Assembly (NCBI GenBank): GCA_964016885.1
Contig: OZ024747.1
Span: 65,844,001 to 65,908,000 of the forward strand
Direction: 5' to 3'
Origin: Eledone cirrhosa
Taxonomy: Eukaryota
Length of the DNA stretch: 64,000 nucleotides
Positions 13,701 through 29,000 of this stretch are shown in pieces. How positions within the stretch are numbered: position 1 is the stretch's first letter; every line of letters begins with the position of its first letter. The translations under genes and the position numbers were made by a program. A model generated the notes under the pieces. The model was not told where the DNA came from. It was given only the letters and a program-made list of their open reading frames with translations, and did no database searches.

Positions 13701-13786
13701 CTCATCTATATTAAAACTGTTATACTCTGCTATGTATTGAGTACCTTACTTACTGTGGTTACCTCCGATTCAACTCGGAATAATTA

Positions 13787-13890
<104 letters not shown>

Positions 13891-14317
13891 ATTTCTGTTT
13901 ACCTTTTACATATATATGTAATTTCTGTAAACAGAAATAACAACACAATCGGTACAGTATATGGAAGGTATATATTAGGTTAACGCTTCATATAGCAGGA
14001 AGTGGATGCTAACGTTTCGGACGCTAGTCCTTCATCAGTAGAAAGAATGAGAAATAAAATAGATAGATTGAGGGGACATCTTATGCATCATTAAAACTGA
14101 TTATTTGAGTTGGCATGCTTCTTCTAATCATTAAACCCTTTGTAGATTTCATTTATTTCTTTAACACACACACACACATGCATATACATATATGTATTTG
14201 GACATATAAGTAAGGAAATATTTATGCTTATATGTAATATATATATATATAATTTCACAACAGTTATATATATATGTATGTGTGCGTGTGTAGATATATA
14301 TGTATATGTATACCCCC

Positions 14318-14369
<52 letters not shown>

Positions 14370-14400
14370 ATATATATATATATACATATATGTATCTATA

Positions 14401-15585
14401 TATCGAGGTTTATCGCAAAAGTAAGTGTAGTGATTTTCCTATGTACGACATGGTCACGCACACCACATTGATGTATATAGGCCTGTTGGTTATGGCCTTG
14501 GCTTCATCTACACACTTGTTTCAATATAATCGATTGAATTATTTGTGAGTTATTGCTGTTTATATACAGACGTGTTCATAGCCTCTATTATGTTTGCAAT
14601 GCAAGAAAATATCGAACACGATTAAATTTTGTTATGAAAGTCAACAAATCCACCACCGAAACATTTGATTCTTTAACACCTGCTAATGGAGATGCAACTC
14701 TACCAAGAAGCATGGTTTTCAATTGGCACAAAGCTTTCAAATGGGCCGAGAAAGTGTTGTGGACAAATAATCTTCTGAAAGACCAATCTCGTCAATAAAT
14801 GAACAAAATATAGATGTGGTGCAAGCGGTGATGGCTAAAAATCACCGATTAAGTGTTAGGATGATTGCAGAATAAACGAGCTTACATTAAAATGCAGTTC
14901 ACAGAATGTGAAAAATTTGAACATTACTAGTGTTCAAACAAATGTCTGTGGAACAAAAAGCGAACCGGTTGGAAATTTGTCAGGATTTGCTAGAAAGACT
15001 CGAAATTGGGCCAAATTTCTTGGATAAAGTAATAACTGATGTATCATGGGTGTTCGAGTACTATCCAGAGAAAAGCAACAAAGTGAGAAGTGGCACAAGA
15101 AAAATTCTCCTCGTCTGAAAAAAGCATGCAATAGCAGATCTTGAGTGAACACGATGATTATCACCCTTTTCGATAGTCATAGTATTGTTCACAAAGAATT
15201 TCTACCTCCAAGACAGACAGTTAATCAAACCAGCTACAAAGATGTCTTGGAACAACTTCGAAGACTGGTCCAGCGAGTCCGAAGGAACATTGCTGGAGAT
15301 TGGTTACTGCACCACAATAACGTGCCTGCTCACACAGCACTTTCAATTACAAAAATTCTGGCAAAGAAAAATGTTCCCACCCTTCCACATCCTTCCTTCA
15401 GCCAAGATCTACCTATGTGGGATTTCTATCTCTTCCCTAAATTGAAATCGAAAATGAAGGGTCATTATTTTGGGACTGTTGAAAACATACAAAAAATTGT
15501 AGCCGACGAACTAAGAACACTTACAGAAAATGACTTCTGGTACTGCTACGACGAATGGGAAAAACTTTGGATCAACTGTGTGATA
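14401..15585 (+). mobile_element. Mariner (Tc1/mariner) transposon relic, transposase pseudogene
   Basis: HTH region (VFNWHKAFK), ITD.SWVFEYYPE, HKEFLPPRQTVN, LLHHNNVPAH, PHPSFSQDL..DFYLFPKLK. Multiple frameshifts. Confidence 0.88.
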
Positions 15586-16399
15586 TTTAAATTATATTTA
15601 AAACAGATAGAAAAAATAAAGATATAGAAATAAAGGTCTAGATCAAAGTTAATAATATCCCAAAAGCCATATGTTATGTATATCAACGTGCCAGCATGTT
15701 ATTCAACAAATGTCATTCATTCAAACGTTATTTCCTTTATAAATGATTAGAAGATAAAGGATTATTAATGTTTTATAAGCCATTATGATTTATATTTTCA
15801 ACAGTTGATGATGTACGTCTAAAAACGGGCTTGGTTGCTTACTGTTTTTTCCTGATCTTATGTGAGGTTTGGAATGTAGACAAGGCTTTAAGTTTGAGAA
15901 TAATTCACTTTTAAAAGTTTAAAAGTTTAAATATCTAACCTGTAAATTTTTACGGACCTTATTTTGAACTGTTGATCATTCATGCGTTTACATTTTTTAT
16001 ATATATGTATGTATTTTATAGTTATGCATGTATGAATCTATTATCTAAGATTATAATCGTTATCCTTTACCAAAAGTATACTGTCTCATTAATACTTAGT
16101 ATATCTCTCTATATGTAGTTTTTGCAAATATGTTTATATTATATATTAACATAATCATAATTATAGTTAGGTATATCTCTGTATATAGTTTTGTGCATTT
16201 ATGTTTATAATGTATAATAACTTAATCATAATTATTGTTCGGTATAAAGCTATATATTGTTTGTGCAAATATATGTATATTGTATAATAGCATAATCATA
16301 ATTTAGAGTTCGTTCTTCCCTTGAAGGTAGAACTAATATAATGATTTAATATAATATAATAAAAAATTAATAAGTTATAGTCCTCTTATTATGATAAAT

Positions 16400-16497
<98 letters not shown>

Positions 16498-17197
16498 GAA
16501 AACTCTGCGTTAATTATTATAATTTAGACAATATATTTAACAATAAATTCCTTGATATTTATAGCAGCAAGTACTTCATAAATTATACATACCGAAAATG
16601 TTGACACTGTTACAAGTAATTTGGTTAAAGATTACCTTTGTGTGAATATAGAACAGTGTACATTTTTCTTTCGCGGGCCTAGTAAATCCTTTAAATTTGT
16701 TTTCATAAAACTTCGAATTTAGAAATGTAACACATTTATAAAATTTATAAAATTAATACAAATAACCATCAACTTTTAAAACATAAAATTTTGATTCTTC
16801 ACCCTAAAATAACATAAATTAAATATTTTGAAATTTAACCGCCAAAGCTATCATGTTTATATGTGTCCGATGAAAATGTGTGCATAAATTACTACCCTTT
16901 ATCTCTCCCTCTCTTTAATTATCTATCAGTTGCTTTCTCAAGCCAAAAACTTAAAAAATTATAACTCAAGAGATGTCTTCCTCTATAATACTAATGTAGT
17001 ATCCCAGATTTTAAAAAACTATATAACTGTTACATTAAAGCAATGTTTTTCTTACTCACACCTTCTCTATTGATTCTATTACGTTTTCGCATGTTCTCAT
17101 TATTAGGGTATAAATATTGAGTTTTCTCAGAAGTTAATCACTACCTTGATTAAATCTTAACCATCTAACATCTCAGGGTATGTCATGTATCATTTTA

Positions 17198-17261
17198 TTT
17201 TATCTGATGAGGACGTACTGTTGATCCTGATTCAAGTACCTCTGAAATATGTATAATAAAA
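17198..17261 (+). ncRNA. Minimal type I hammerhead (PLE pseudo-LTR type)
   Basis: TTTTAT/ATAAAA stem I, CTGATGA at 17204, GAAA at 17244, ATATGTAT stem III. Confidence 0.72.
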
Positions 17262-17323
17262 TTTAATTGATCACAAGAACATCTATTTTGTTAATATTTG
17301 AATTTAATATATATATATATTAC

Positions 17324-17361
<38 letters not shown>

Positions 17362-18675
17362 ATAGATATGTTGAACTACCGTCGCTTACGACGATGAGTG
17401 ATGCAGCTGTTTGTTCGAATAACAGAATAGCCTATTAGTGTAATTAATGTGCATATGGCTGAGTATTCCCCGTACACGTGTACGCTTCTTGTAGTTCTTA
17501 TTCAGCGTGACATAATATGTGATAATTTTGATACCGAACTACAGATATAAGTAACTTTTTTCAGTTGAAGTGATTGGAGTATATCGAAATAGTGTCTTGC
17601 TCATGGACACAGGGCGAAGTCGGCGATCGAACTCAAAACCTTACAATCATGAGCCGAATGCCCTACCACTAAATTACGTGCCTTTACACACACACACTCA
17701 CACACACTCATCCACTCACACACACACTCACTCACACATACATATACACGCACACACACACTCACTCACTCTCTCTCACACACACATATATATATGTGTA
17801 ATTGTACATATACGCACACACCCATACTCACGCAATACACATGCATATACACATGCACACAGAAAAGAAATGAGATCTATTAAGAATTGCTGCCTGACGT
17901 GGGAAGAAAGGAGAAATATGTCGGCTGCCAATCATAGAGTTGTTTATAATGATACTTGTTAGTTGAAAAGATGGAATAAAAAGGGATGAAACAAGAAGAA
18001 AATGGAAGATATTTGTAAAATGGAACATTTCTTGTTAACAACAGCAGAAGAATGGAAGGAAATCCTGGCAAATAATAGAGTTTAATGAAATCTCGTGGTT
18101 CCGCATTGAAATAATGACCAGTATATCACTATATCACTATATTAGGATTCCCTTGGTATTATGTGGTAATAACAGATACTATACTGATACAATATGGTGG
18201 ACAGTCAGGAACATGTATGGTAGAGGGGAAGTTTGAAAATGACTATGTCTATTTGTATAATTGTATATAAATGAATCTGTCTATTTTACTATTGTATGTG
18301 TCTGTTTGTCAGAATGTTTGTCTGTTGTTTTGTCTATTTAGGTATGAATGTGTGTATATATATGTGTGTATGTATGTCTGTGTATCTGTATGTGTGTATA
18401 TGTATGTATTCGACTTATCTTAATTTTCAGTTTATTTTTACCGGCTACATTTCCCAGTGGAAAGTTCTGAAGAAAAGTAAATTTTCATCGTCCCACATAC
18501 AATCCTTCATCCTTTGAATCAGAAAAATATTTTGCAGTCTTTCGAGGTTCCAGATATCGTAGCCATTTGGTGCTTAGGAATTAAGGAATTGCGCTCTTTC
18601 TCCAGAAATCCAAGTTCAGCCATACTTTAGTCTAGGAGGGTTGGTATATACCATGTATGTATGTATGTATGTATG

Positions 18676-18706
<31 letters not shown>

Positions 18707-18929
18707 GTATGTATGTATGTATATATGTATGTATGTATGCACTCTTGAATGCTACTGGTAACATGTAATCCAATACAACTTGTCGCATGGTCGGGTCGTC
18801 GGCGACTAAACCGGCAACCCCAGCAAGTTTACTTGGTGAAGAGGGTGATTTTGGACACCCTGCAGGACAAAACACAAAACCTGACAAAGGGCGGAAGAAC
18901 TCATAAGAGTCAACGGCCATCCAAAAGTG

Positions 18930-20905
18930 TGTAAATATGTATATATAAACACAACAATAAAACACAAAAATAAAATATTAAATAATAAATTACATCCTTG
19001 CAACACTGAGCGTCATAATAATAGCAACAGTATACCCGACGTCATTGTTAACTCTAGGCTAGATTCTGTAAATTTAAATACGACGTCAAACGTAACTTCG
19101 TTGAATGTTCATAATACCAATCTAAATCAGGAAACTATTGTTCCTATCGTAAATAACCTCTCCAATCCAATTCCTTCTATAAATAATACTAGGTCACTTG
19201 TTAATAACTCTGTTAATTTCTCTAATCGTAATTGTAATTGCTCTATTAAAACTAAATGTCCTCTTAATAACCATTGTCTTGATAAAAACTTAGTCTATGA
19301 ATTCTTTTACCTATTTCGGTTCCACTTCCACTTCCTTCAAAGCTAGATTTTATAATCACAATTCGTCTTTTAGATACCAACTTAAAAGAACTAACACGGC
19401 ACTCTCGGAACTCATATGGTCCTTGAAAGACAAAAATATTAACTATAACATCTCTTGGAGGAAGGTTTGTTCCGCCTTTCCTTACCTGAATTCTTCCCTA
19501 TCCAGAACATATAATCTCTGCCTAGCCGAGAAATTTACCATTATATCTAATTTCAATTCTATAATAAATAGACGCACCGATCTATTTTCGCTCTGTTTGC
19601 ATAAATTCCATAGAACATTCCATAAAGTATACAGCTAATATCTCAATACCTTACAAGTCTAAAATCCTTTTTCTCAAAGGCTTATATATCTTTTACAAAT
19701 ATACCCATATTTCTACCATATTTTAGTATTATATATTATATAATACAATTTACTCATTCTATGTCATTCTTCTTTATCATTTTCCTTTCTTCCTTTTTTC
19801 TTTTTAATTTCTAATCTCTAATCTGTACTTTTTCTTCCCAACTACTTCTCAATTCATATTATTACTCACCACAACATTATCCATTCTTCCATCTTTCCTC
19901 ATATCATTGGCCATAAAAATTATTTTTTTTAATACATTATAATATTACCATTAGAAGTCCTTCGTAAACATATAAACTTTTGACGTTAAATTTTTTTCTT
20001 CCTTAAATTTTTCTTATCTCTTCTAATCCTTTCATGCTTGTTTTAAACCTACTACTTAATTTGACTTTTACATATTACAATACACAAAAACAAACTTAAA
20101 CCCTAACTAATTTCTTTTAATATATTATATTATTACCATTAGAAAGTATTTCGTAAACATATATACTTTTTGATGTTAGATATTTTCTTCCTTAAACATT
20201 ATTTTTTCTTCTCTCCTTCCGTGCTCATTTTAAACATACTATTTACGTATACATATTACAATACATAAAAACAAACTTAAACCCTAACTAATTCCTCTAA
20301 ATTCATAACTCATTTATTCTTCTCCTTCTTTTCACATTATATCCTTAATATCATTAATATTTTTATTTTAATAATACATATTAATATATTCTTTTCTTCG
20401 CACATATTATTAAACCCTTCAATATACAAACCTTAATTTAATACTATTCTTAATTCCTTTTTCTTCATGCATAAACCTCATTAACTTTTAATTTCAAAAT
20501 CTTTAAAATTATCTATTATCTTCCAACGGGTTTTTAATTTCTCTCTGTGAGACAATATTTTTTCTCAGTTGTAAAGGCTATCTCTCTCTCTATCACCCAT
20601 ATCTCCTCCCCTCTCATCCTTCCTTCTTATACTCCTCCCCCACCATCTTTTACTCTTATTTCTTCCTTTTCCTTACCTTTTCCAACTCCCCCTCATTTTT
20701 TCCCAATCACATACATTCATCTTAATTTATTTTTCATATGTTGATTTAAAACTTCACTACTCACAAGTGTTTTTTAAGCTTCATATCATGTCTCCCTATT
20801 TTATCTGATGAGAACGCAGATATCATCCCATGATGATATTTGTTTTTGAAATGCGCATAATAAAATACTTGGAACTCTTTTAACCATCTTTTGATCTTAT
20901 ATTAT
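18930..20905 (+). mobile_element. 5'-truncated Penelope-like element (RT thumb end, Asn-rich linker, GIY-YIG endonuclease, long 3' region with hammerhead)
   Basis: HKNKIL..CNCSIKTKCPL..CLDKNLVY..YFGST..FKARFYNH..LSELIWSLK..NLCLAEK..LCLH. Hammerhead at 20797-20867, then (TA)n. Confidence 0.85.
20797..20867 (+). ncRNA. Minimal type I hammerhead
   Basis: TATTTTAT/ATAAAATA stem I, CTGATGA at 20805, long stem II (GCAGATATCATC..GATGATATTTGT), GAAA at 20848, palindrome ATGCGCAT. Confidence 0.82.
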
Positions 20906-20985
20906 TTATATATATATATATATATATGTGTGTGTATGTGTGTAGGTGTGTATGTGTGTATATATATATATGTATATGTATTTAC

Positions 20986-21021
<36 letters not shown>

Positions 21022-21305
21022 ATGTGCATGCGTATGTGTGTATGTAAGTTTATAGTTTTTATATTTATGTTTTTATCTTTAAGAAATTTTTATACTATAT
21101 GTGTGTATGTGGTTGTATGCATTTATGTGTGCGTGTATATGTATTTGTATGTATATATTCTTTTGTGTCTGTACTGTGTTTATATGTATGGGGTGTGCTT
21201 GTATATTTATATGTATGCGTATGTGTGTGTGTATATGTGTGTGTATATATATATATATATGTGTGTGTGTGTATGTACACACACACACACATATATATAT
21301 ATTTA

Positions 21306-23694
21306 TATACGATATTAAACAAATGGAAACTATATTTATAAAACCATATTTATTTCATTATACATATTTCAGGGATACCATATTAAAAATATGGCATGCC
21401 TTCGTCAGATAAAATACAATATATAAACAGTTTTATAAATAATTTTGATGTACCATAAATATAAGCGACCATTAAGGTAGGAAGCTGGCTTGGTAGTGAA
21501 GTGTTTATAAATATTTAGTGTTAAGCACAGTTATAAAGAAAGACGGAGAAAAAGAAGAAATAGGGAGGAGGTGAAAAAAGAGAGGTAACCGAAGGCAACA
21601 GATGAATAATAATAATTCATCATACAAATTGAGAGATTTAAGAGGGAGGGAGTACGGTAATTATTTAGTTATAGTGTTAAGCACAGTTAGAGAAGAGACG
21701 AATAGAAAGAAAGAATGGAGATGAAGAGAAAACAGAGAGAGAGAGAGAGAGAGAGAGGTGGGAGGAAAAGAAAGAGGGAGAAAAAATAATAATAATTATA
21801 TAGGGGGAGGTGAAAACCAAGAGAGAAATAAGAGAGAAACATGAGAGGCAAAATCAAAACGACAGATACATAAACTTCATATATAAAGAGAGAGGAGAAG
21901 AAAGAGCTATATCTAGAGAGAGGGATGATAGAGTTACATCTTTACGTCATGTCCTATCAATTTGAATTATCAATTCATATGAACTGGGTAATATAATGTA
22001 AATATCAATATTCATGAATGAGACATAGATATATAATGTGTAAAAATAATTTTGCTCAATAATGACCATATGTTTAGTTTAAAACTCTGAGGTCAATGTA
22101 CCAAAATCTGAGATAAATCTTTAAAAAATTACCCTATTTATAAAAATACGGAGATATATAAGTATATACATACACATGCATATGCACTTTCTGAAAAAAG
22201 AAAAAGAGAAAGAGAAAGTCATGTCAAGCTCTAGTTGATAATATAGACATACACATGACTTTACGTGATCAACTCTATAATTTCTTGTTTCATAAACAAA
22301 AAAAAAAAAAATTTCCTTGTGTTATAAAAGATTTCACTATATATATATACATAAAAAATAAACGATTAATATTCATGCCCTCACACATATGATTATCGTT
22401 CATGTATATAATATTATGCATATCTGTAACATATACAGAACTATACCTACACATACATATACATATATATGTATACATAAGATATCTGCGTGGGTGTTCT
22501 AGCATCTCTATGCACACATACAGGCACATGAACAGATAAAATATACTCTGTAATCATTCCATATGCATATTAATACATATGGCCTTTGTATAGAGACAAC
22601 CAGATATCAATATATCAGCACAGAAATATCAAAACGTTAAAATATTTTCAACACACCCTAGGGTATCTCAGGCCACAAAAAAAACCCAGTATGCTTCATA
22701 TATTTACCACAGAAATCTATCCTTCCAATTTTCCAGACAATTTATTGCCAAGTCCTTTAGAAGCAATCAGAATCAAAAAGCAAATAAAAAACCAAAAATT
22801 ATTTAACAAAAATCATTTAAAGGATTTAGAAGACCATGTGGTTCTACGGATGCTCTTATATTTAGTATAGAAATTTATCTTGCGTAAAATTTATTTAATA
22901 CATTGAGAGCATCTACATTTTAGAGTAGTTTAATTACATCATTTGTTTATATTTATGAAGAAGGTTTAAAAGAAAAAGTTGAAGGAATCGAAAGATTTAT
23001 CGTCAGGTTTCATACATTAATTAAATTTCTTAATTAATTATACTACATTTAAAATTTATATTTATATTTAAACGTTGAGTTCAATCTATGTCTGCAGCAA
23101 CTGAATAAATTGCACCTTAGATTAAGGGAATTTTTGGATTTTAATATAAAGAATATCTCCTCCACACAGAGATCACATGTCTCAGATGAGGAATTAAAAG
23201 GAATCCCTCTTGAGACAATATTCCAAAACATCGAATACCCAACGTTATCACGTTTAAGTTGCCAGAGTAAGCTTGATAGTGAAGTTGAAGATTTTTTGTT
23301 TGGATCTGTGAAAGAATTATCTCTCCCCTATTTCTCTGTTTTTCTTTACATACATTTCTTCTTTTTCTCCGTCTTTCTTTATAACTGTGCTTAACACTAA
23401 ATATTTATAAACACTTCACTACCAAGCCAGCTTCCTACCTTAATGGTCGCTTATATTTATGGTACGTCAAAATTATTTATAAAACTGTTTATATATATTG
23501 TATTTTATCTGACGAAGGCATGCCATATTTTTAATATGGTATCCCTGAAATATGTATAATGAAATAAATATGGTTTTATAAATATAGTTTCCATTTGTTT
23601 AATATCGTATATCTACTCCAAAACCTTGTCGAGTGCTTTATATCAGTTATAAAATATTTACTTGTTGTAACCCAACAATTTTAAATAAAACTTT

Positions 23695-23698
<4 letters not shown>
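21306..23698 (-). mobile_element. 5'-truncated Penelope-like element with inverted pseudo-LTR (same family as 11866-13572)
   Basis: Endonuclease C-terminus at 23049-23310. About 255-bp near-perfect inverted repeat (21306-21560 vs 23355-23612), each arm with a hammerhead. (TA)n flanks. Confidence 0.88.
23501..23566 (+). ncRNA. Minimal type I hammerhead (homologues on the minus strand at about 21351-21416 and 11909-11974, on the plus strand at about 36194-36259)
   Basis: CTGACGA at 23509, CCATATT/AATATGG stem II, GAAA at 23547, TATTTTAT/ATGAAATA stem I. Confidence 0.78.
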
Positions 23699-23779
<81 letters not shown>

Positions 23780-23847
23780 ATATATATATATTTATAAATA
23801 TATATATTTAGGTTTTTTGTGCATTTGCTTACCACGTGCGTTTGGTC

Positions 23848-23887
<40 letters not shown>

Positions 23888-24093
23888 GGTCTAAGCGGAC
23901 GTATTTTGCTCGCTCACAGCAAGTCGCTTTATTTGCCTGTTAAAATTATTTATTGTTAAATATTTCTTGTTGTGTAAGGGATATAAGCCCTTAGACTTTG
24001 CCCCGTGAAGGGGAAAGTATAATATTTGGGCCTTTTGGCCCAAATATTTGAACTTTTTTTTACATGTTAAAAAATTTACGAAGAAAAAAAAAC

Positions 24094-26017
24094 ATGGCTG
24101 AGCCACGCCCCCCAGCGATATGTCGGCTGTCGTGCGACAACGACGTAGATGTTGAGAGGAGCGCTACAGCGAAATTAACACACATTGATAACACAAACAC
24201 CACCACAAACAAGGTAAACAAAGACACCAATGATACCAATAAGAACTCTAATTTTGAAAAAAATGACAGTAACAGCGACAACGAAAATACAGATAACAAA
24301 AAAAAAATAACAAATACAACAACAATATCAACACCTCTAACATGAAAACAAATAGCGACAACACCAACAGCAACAATACCAACTGCACCGAGAACAACGG
24401 TGGCAACAAAGACAACAATGATAACAGCGACAACAAAACCCCCAACGAAAACAAGAACACTTTCGCTGCGGCAGCAGCAAAAAAGAGGCCATGCTTCAAC
24501 ATGGACCTCTCAAACAAAGATGAAAAGTTGGCCCAGGCATGGAAGCTCATCAGGCAAGAGCAAACTTGGGCCAACTTAACTGTCCCGGTAGAAGCTATTG
24601 AGGCAGTGGAGCGCAAAACGGTACATTATAGATGCATCTCAGCACAAACCAAAAGGGCACCTTTTATCCCACAAGAAGATGTCGAAGTCGCGCTGAGGTG
24701 CATCAGAGAAGACACCCAGTACATAGAGAGGGGCAGACAGTACGGCACCATTTCGGTGTTGTTCAAGTCAGAAGCCCTCGCTATGAAACACGCTATGATT
24801 CCTTGCAAAACCAGCAAGGTCATAATGTACCCCTCCCACATGGGAATCCCACCAGGACTTGACATGTGGTGGCTTCTGGCATGTGTGATTGTGGAGGGGA
24901 CGGATACAGTCCCTATAGAAGTGACCAGAACGGCCAGAGAGGACTGGTCCGGGGTTGACCTGGAGATCCTTCTCCAGATCAGGCCCGAGAATGTGAAGAC
25001 AATCCCAGACCACATCCACCTTCAGAATGGGACGGTCATTCACATTATGACCGAAGGCAAAAGGCTGCAGTGTTTTATTTGTGGGAAAAAAACCCATTTG
25101 CGAGTCTTCTGCCCTCAACTGCTGAAAGAGGCAAGGGGTCGAAAGGCTCCACTGCTGCCGACGCCGGGACGAAGACCACAACCAACACCAGCACCGGCAA
25201 AACCACCAACAACAACACCAATACAAAGACCACCACCAACATTGACCACCCAGGGGGGAAACGAGGAAAGCTGTCAAATTCTCCCTCCTCCCAAAAATAC
25301 ACACACCAATAAAACCATAAACATACATACAGACACACTTACAGACACACTTACAGACACAGACTCCTCATCTACCAGTAGTGAAAATGAAGGAAATCCA
25401 AAATCCCCCAAAATACAAAAAAGGAAACACAAAAAGAAAATAAAACTCAACAAAGCACAAAAGCACCCACAATAAAAAACGCGGACACCACCCACGCAAA
25501 CATCTCTCCAATAACACCAACATCAACACCACCATCACCATCACCAGAATCCCCCAAACGCAAACAACCGAAACAGACGCAAGAACAAATATACACACAA
25601 ACATCTGAAACCACAGACACCGCACTCACAACAAACACAGATACAACCGAAACAACACCACCAAAACCATCACCACCACAGCCACGCAAACAAATAAAAT
25701 CACACCAACAAAACATACAAAACTTCGTGCTCGTCAGGAGGGCCAACAAGGAACTGATGGCTCTCGTAGCACGAAGTGAAAATATACAAAAAGAGGGGGA
25801 CATTTTTAAATCGAGCACATTTCGCGTGCCGGAAGATTTGGTTCTGGTGCGAATGTCGCTCGACATATTCAAAGAAATACGAGACAGCTTTCCTCGGGAC
25901 GTGGGAACCCCGAACGTAAAACCCACTTCAAGACTTTTAAAGGGGTTCCCAAAAGAAACCCCACTAACTATGGCGGTCGAACAATCCGACCTTCACAAGA
26001 GCCCGGAAGGTAAGTAA
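24094..26017 (+). pseudogene. Tx1 copy A ORF1 (gag-like, zinc knuckle), frameshifted
   Basis: ORF pieces 24064-24345, 24342-25475 and 25727-26017. Asn/Thr-rich N-terminus, CFICGKKTHLRVFC (CX2CX4HX4C), Pro/Thr-rich tail and basic patch. Confidence 0.85.
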
Positions 26018-26048
26018 ACCTTTCTCGCTCTCTGTTTAACCTGCCAAC

Positions 26049-29000
26049 ATGGCCGTATTAAGAGTAGGATGTTTAAATGTTCGAGGCCTGGGATCGTCCT
26101 GGAAGCAGGGTCACCTTCTCAACGACCTCAGGTCTATAATAATGGATGTTATTTGCAGTCAGCGAGACCAGGATTTCCGAGACGCGCGCACTAGCCCACA
26201 TTTTCGACGACTATCAGATCTTTGCATCTGTTAGCCGGCCGGGAATGGGAGGCGGGGTGGAAGTGCTGTTTAGGAAAGGCCTGGGTCTCGAGGTAAGGTC
26301 GATCTTCCGGGACCCGGACGGGAAGTTGGTGGTCCTGGACGTGAACAATAATGAAGGTGGTGCCTTTAGACTGGTGGCCGTCTATGCTCCTACTGGGGCA
26401 GGACGGCCGGACTTCTTTAGACGCTTGGAAGCCTTTCTGGGTACGTCTCGTCCTTTACTGTTAGCGGGGGACTGGAACGGCATCTTAGACGCACGCTGGG
26501 ACTGTGTGGGAGTATCCGATAGGAGCGGGGGGGGGGGGGGTGTAAAAGCCTCAAGAACCTGATCAGCCAGTTCCAACTGTCTGACAGGTACCGACTAGAT
26601 TTCCCTAGTGCGCCAGTATGGACCTGGGCTAACCGCATAGGGTCATCTAGATCGTATATAGACAGGATATTCATTAGGAAAATAGACAGAAATAGTGTAG
26701 GCTGTCCACGTTTTGAAACGGTCGCCTATTCAGATCACAAGTTTGTGATCTGTATGGTCGACCTAGATAAGACGCGTAGGTTAGGACCTGGTTACTGGAA
26801 GCTAAACATGTCATTTCCGGCACGTAAGGCTTACAGGGACCAGGTCAACAATTTAGTTAAGAAAAAGTTGACAGGGGAAGTCGTCAACAATAGATGGTGG
26901 GGGGCTCTCAAAAGAGAGATTAGAGTAATGTCGATAGAGTTTAGCAAAGAAGTAGCATCAGAGAAAAATAGAAAGGAGGGGGAGTTGGTAGATAAGTTAG
27001 ACGAGGCTATTGGTAGTGGCATTGCAACTGATGTGCTAGCGGCGAGAATGGCATTAGACCATTTCTTCAATGCGAAACACGAAGATTGCATTGTCAGAGC
27101 TAAGGTGCGTGCTCTGAGAAACGAGGGAACCAAAGCTGTTCGATGGGCCCGCGTGGCAGAGGCGCAGCGTGGAAATAAAACCACGATTCGATCTTCGACG
27201 GTCCGAGACGGGTACGAGCTGAGCGATTCGGTTGTTCGGGGGAAGTGGCGGGTCAGAGATGGTGGCGGACTTCAGTCCCTACCTCGATGGCTTGCCGCAA
27301 CTCTCGACGGCTTACGCTGGGCGCTGCGAAAGGCCAATTACTTCAGCCGAGATTCAGGATGCCCTTGTCGGCTGCATGAGGCGCAAGTCACCCGGTTTGG
27401 ATGGTCTGCCCTACGAGCTTTACGTAAATATGCCAGACTTGTTCTCCAATCTCCTCGAAGCCCTCTACTGCAACTGGCAGCAAAACGGGAGTATTCCCAG
27501 TTCTGTGAGCCGGGGCGTAGCGACGCTGATAAGGAAAGACGAGAACAAGAGGGACACATTAGACAATTTCAGGCCCATAACTCTGCTCAACACAGAGTTT
27601 AAGATTTTGGCCAGGGTGTTAGCGAAGAGGTTGGCGCTTGTCGTCGGGGATTTGGTTGGGGAGGCGCAAACTTGTGCAATCTCAACCAGGTCCATACACG
27701 ACAACCTCCACCTAATGCGATACATCATAGAGAGGGTAGGGTGTAAACCTGGCTTCGGTGGGGCTCTGATCAATTTAGATAAATCGAAAGCATTCGATAG
27801 GGTCAACCATCGGTACCTGGAGGCTGTCTTCAAGGCGGCTGGCTTCGGCCCCGTCTTCAGAAGCTGGATCGCTGCAATGCACAGCGGCACCTGCTCGATG
27901 GTCAAAATTAATGGCCACCTCTCGGAACCGTTTCAGGTCTCCCGATCGGTCCGTCAAGGGTGCCCTCTCTCCTCCCTTCTGTACGTATTGATTCTCGAGC
28001 CTTTACTGCGGAAGCTGGAGCTGTTGCAGGGCATCCCGCTCGAACCGTGACGCGGAAAGGCTGTGTCGGCTTATGCGGACGACATCACCGTGATGGTGTC
28101 GGACACCTCAGAAATTGAGGTGGTCGGCAATTTATTGGAGGAATATGAAAGGTTGACGGGAGCAAAACTTAACCCGGAAAAGTCAGTAGGCTTGCAACTC
28201 GGCACCTAGAGAGGCAAGTCCATGCCGTCCAACAGCGTCGTTAGGCGCTGGACGGACGAACCGGTAAAGTTGCTAGAGGTTTGGTTCGGGCCAGACCTCC
28301 AGGTGGATAAGAATTGGGACGAGGTGACGGGCAGAGTAGTCAGTCTCACCCAGAAATGGGCTGGGATGAAGCTATCACTGAAAGGTCGGGCGGAGGTGGC
28401 GAACGCGTACATCGCGTCCGTCATCTACTACCGTCTGACTGTCGTCCCTTGCCCCCGTTCGCGCCTCTCCATCTTGGAGCGGCTCCTCTTCAAATTCTTG
28501 TGGAGGGGTCAGGTTCCGCTGGTGAGGCGGTCCATCTGCTGCCAGCACCCTCTACGTGGAGGGCTGGGCATGCCGTGGCTAATGATGCGCAAGCACGCGC
28601 TGAGGCTGCGGCATCTCCAGGTATTCTGCCTAAACGGTGAACAGGTGTGGTCGCCGTTTGTCAGACGGGCCTTTCCGCAGCTCGTTTCTTTGACTGAGTT
28701 GCAGTCCTGGGCCAAGAAGAGACCGAGACTGGGTGACTGGCATCTGGAATGTTGCCAGGCACTCACTGCCCTCTACCAGACGGGCAATGCGGTCAGTAGA
28801 ACTTCCACTCTCGAGTTCTATAGAGGATTAGTGGTGGGCAAGTGCGACGACACACTCGGAGAGGCTCTGGGAGTCAACGAAGTCGAACTAACCAGTCTGT
28901 ACCGGAGGACTTTCGAGCCGGGGACGATGGATAACTTCCAAAAATCCCTCGCTTGGCAGTGCTACTGGGGGGCACTGCCGGTTCGAGATAAACTCTACAG

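Noticed and set aside
26526-26541. G-run frameshifts in Tx1 ORF2 (also near 32088-32105) as programmed frameshift sites
   Set aside because: More simply homopolymer slippage or sequencing error, and copy C is open through this region.
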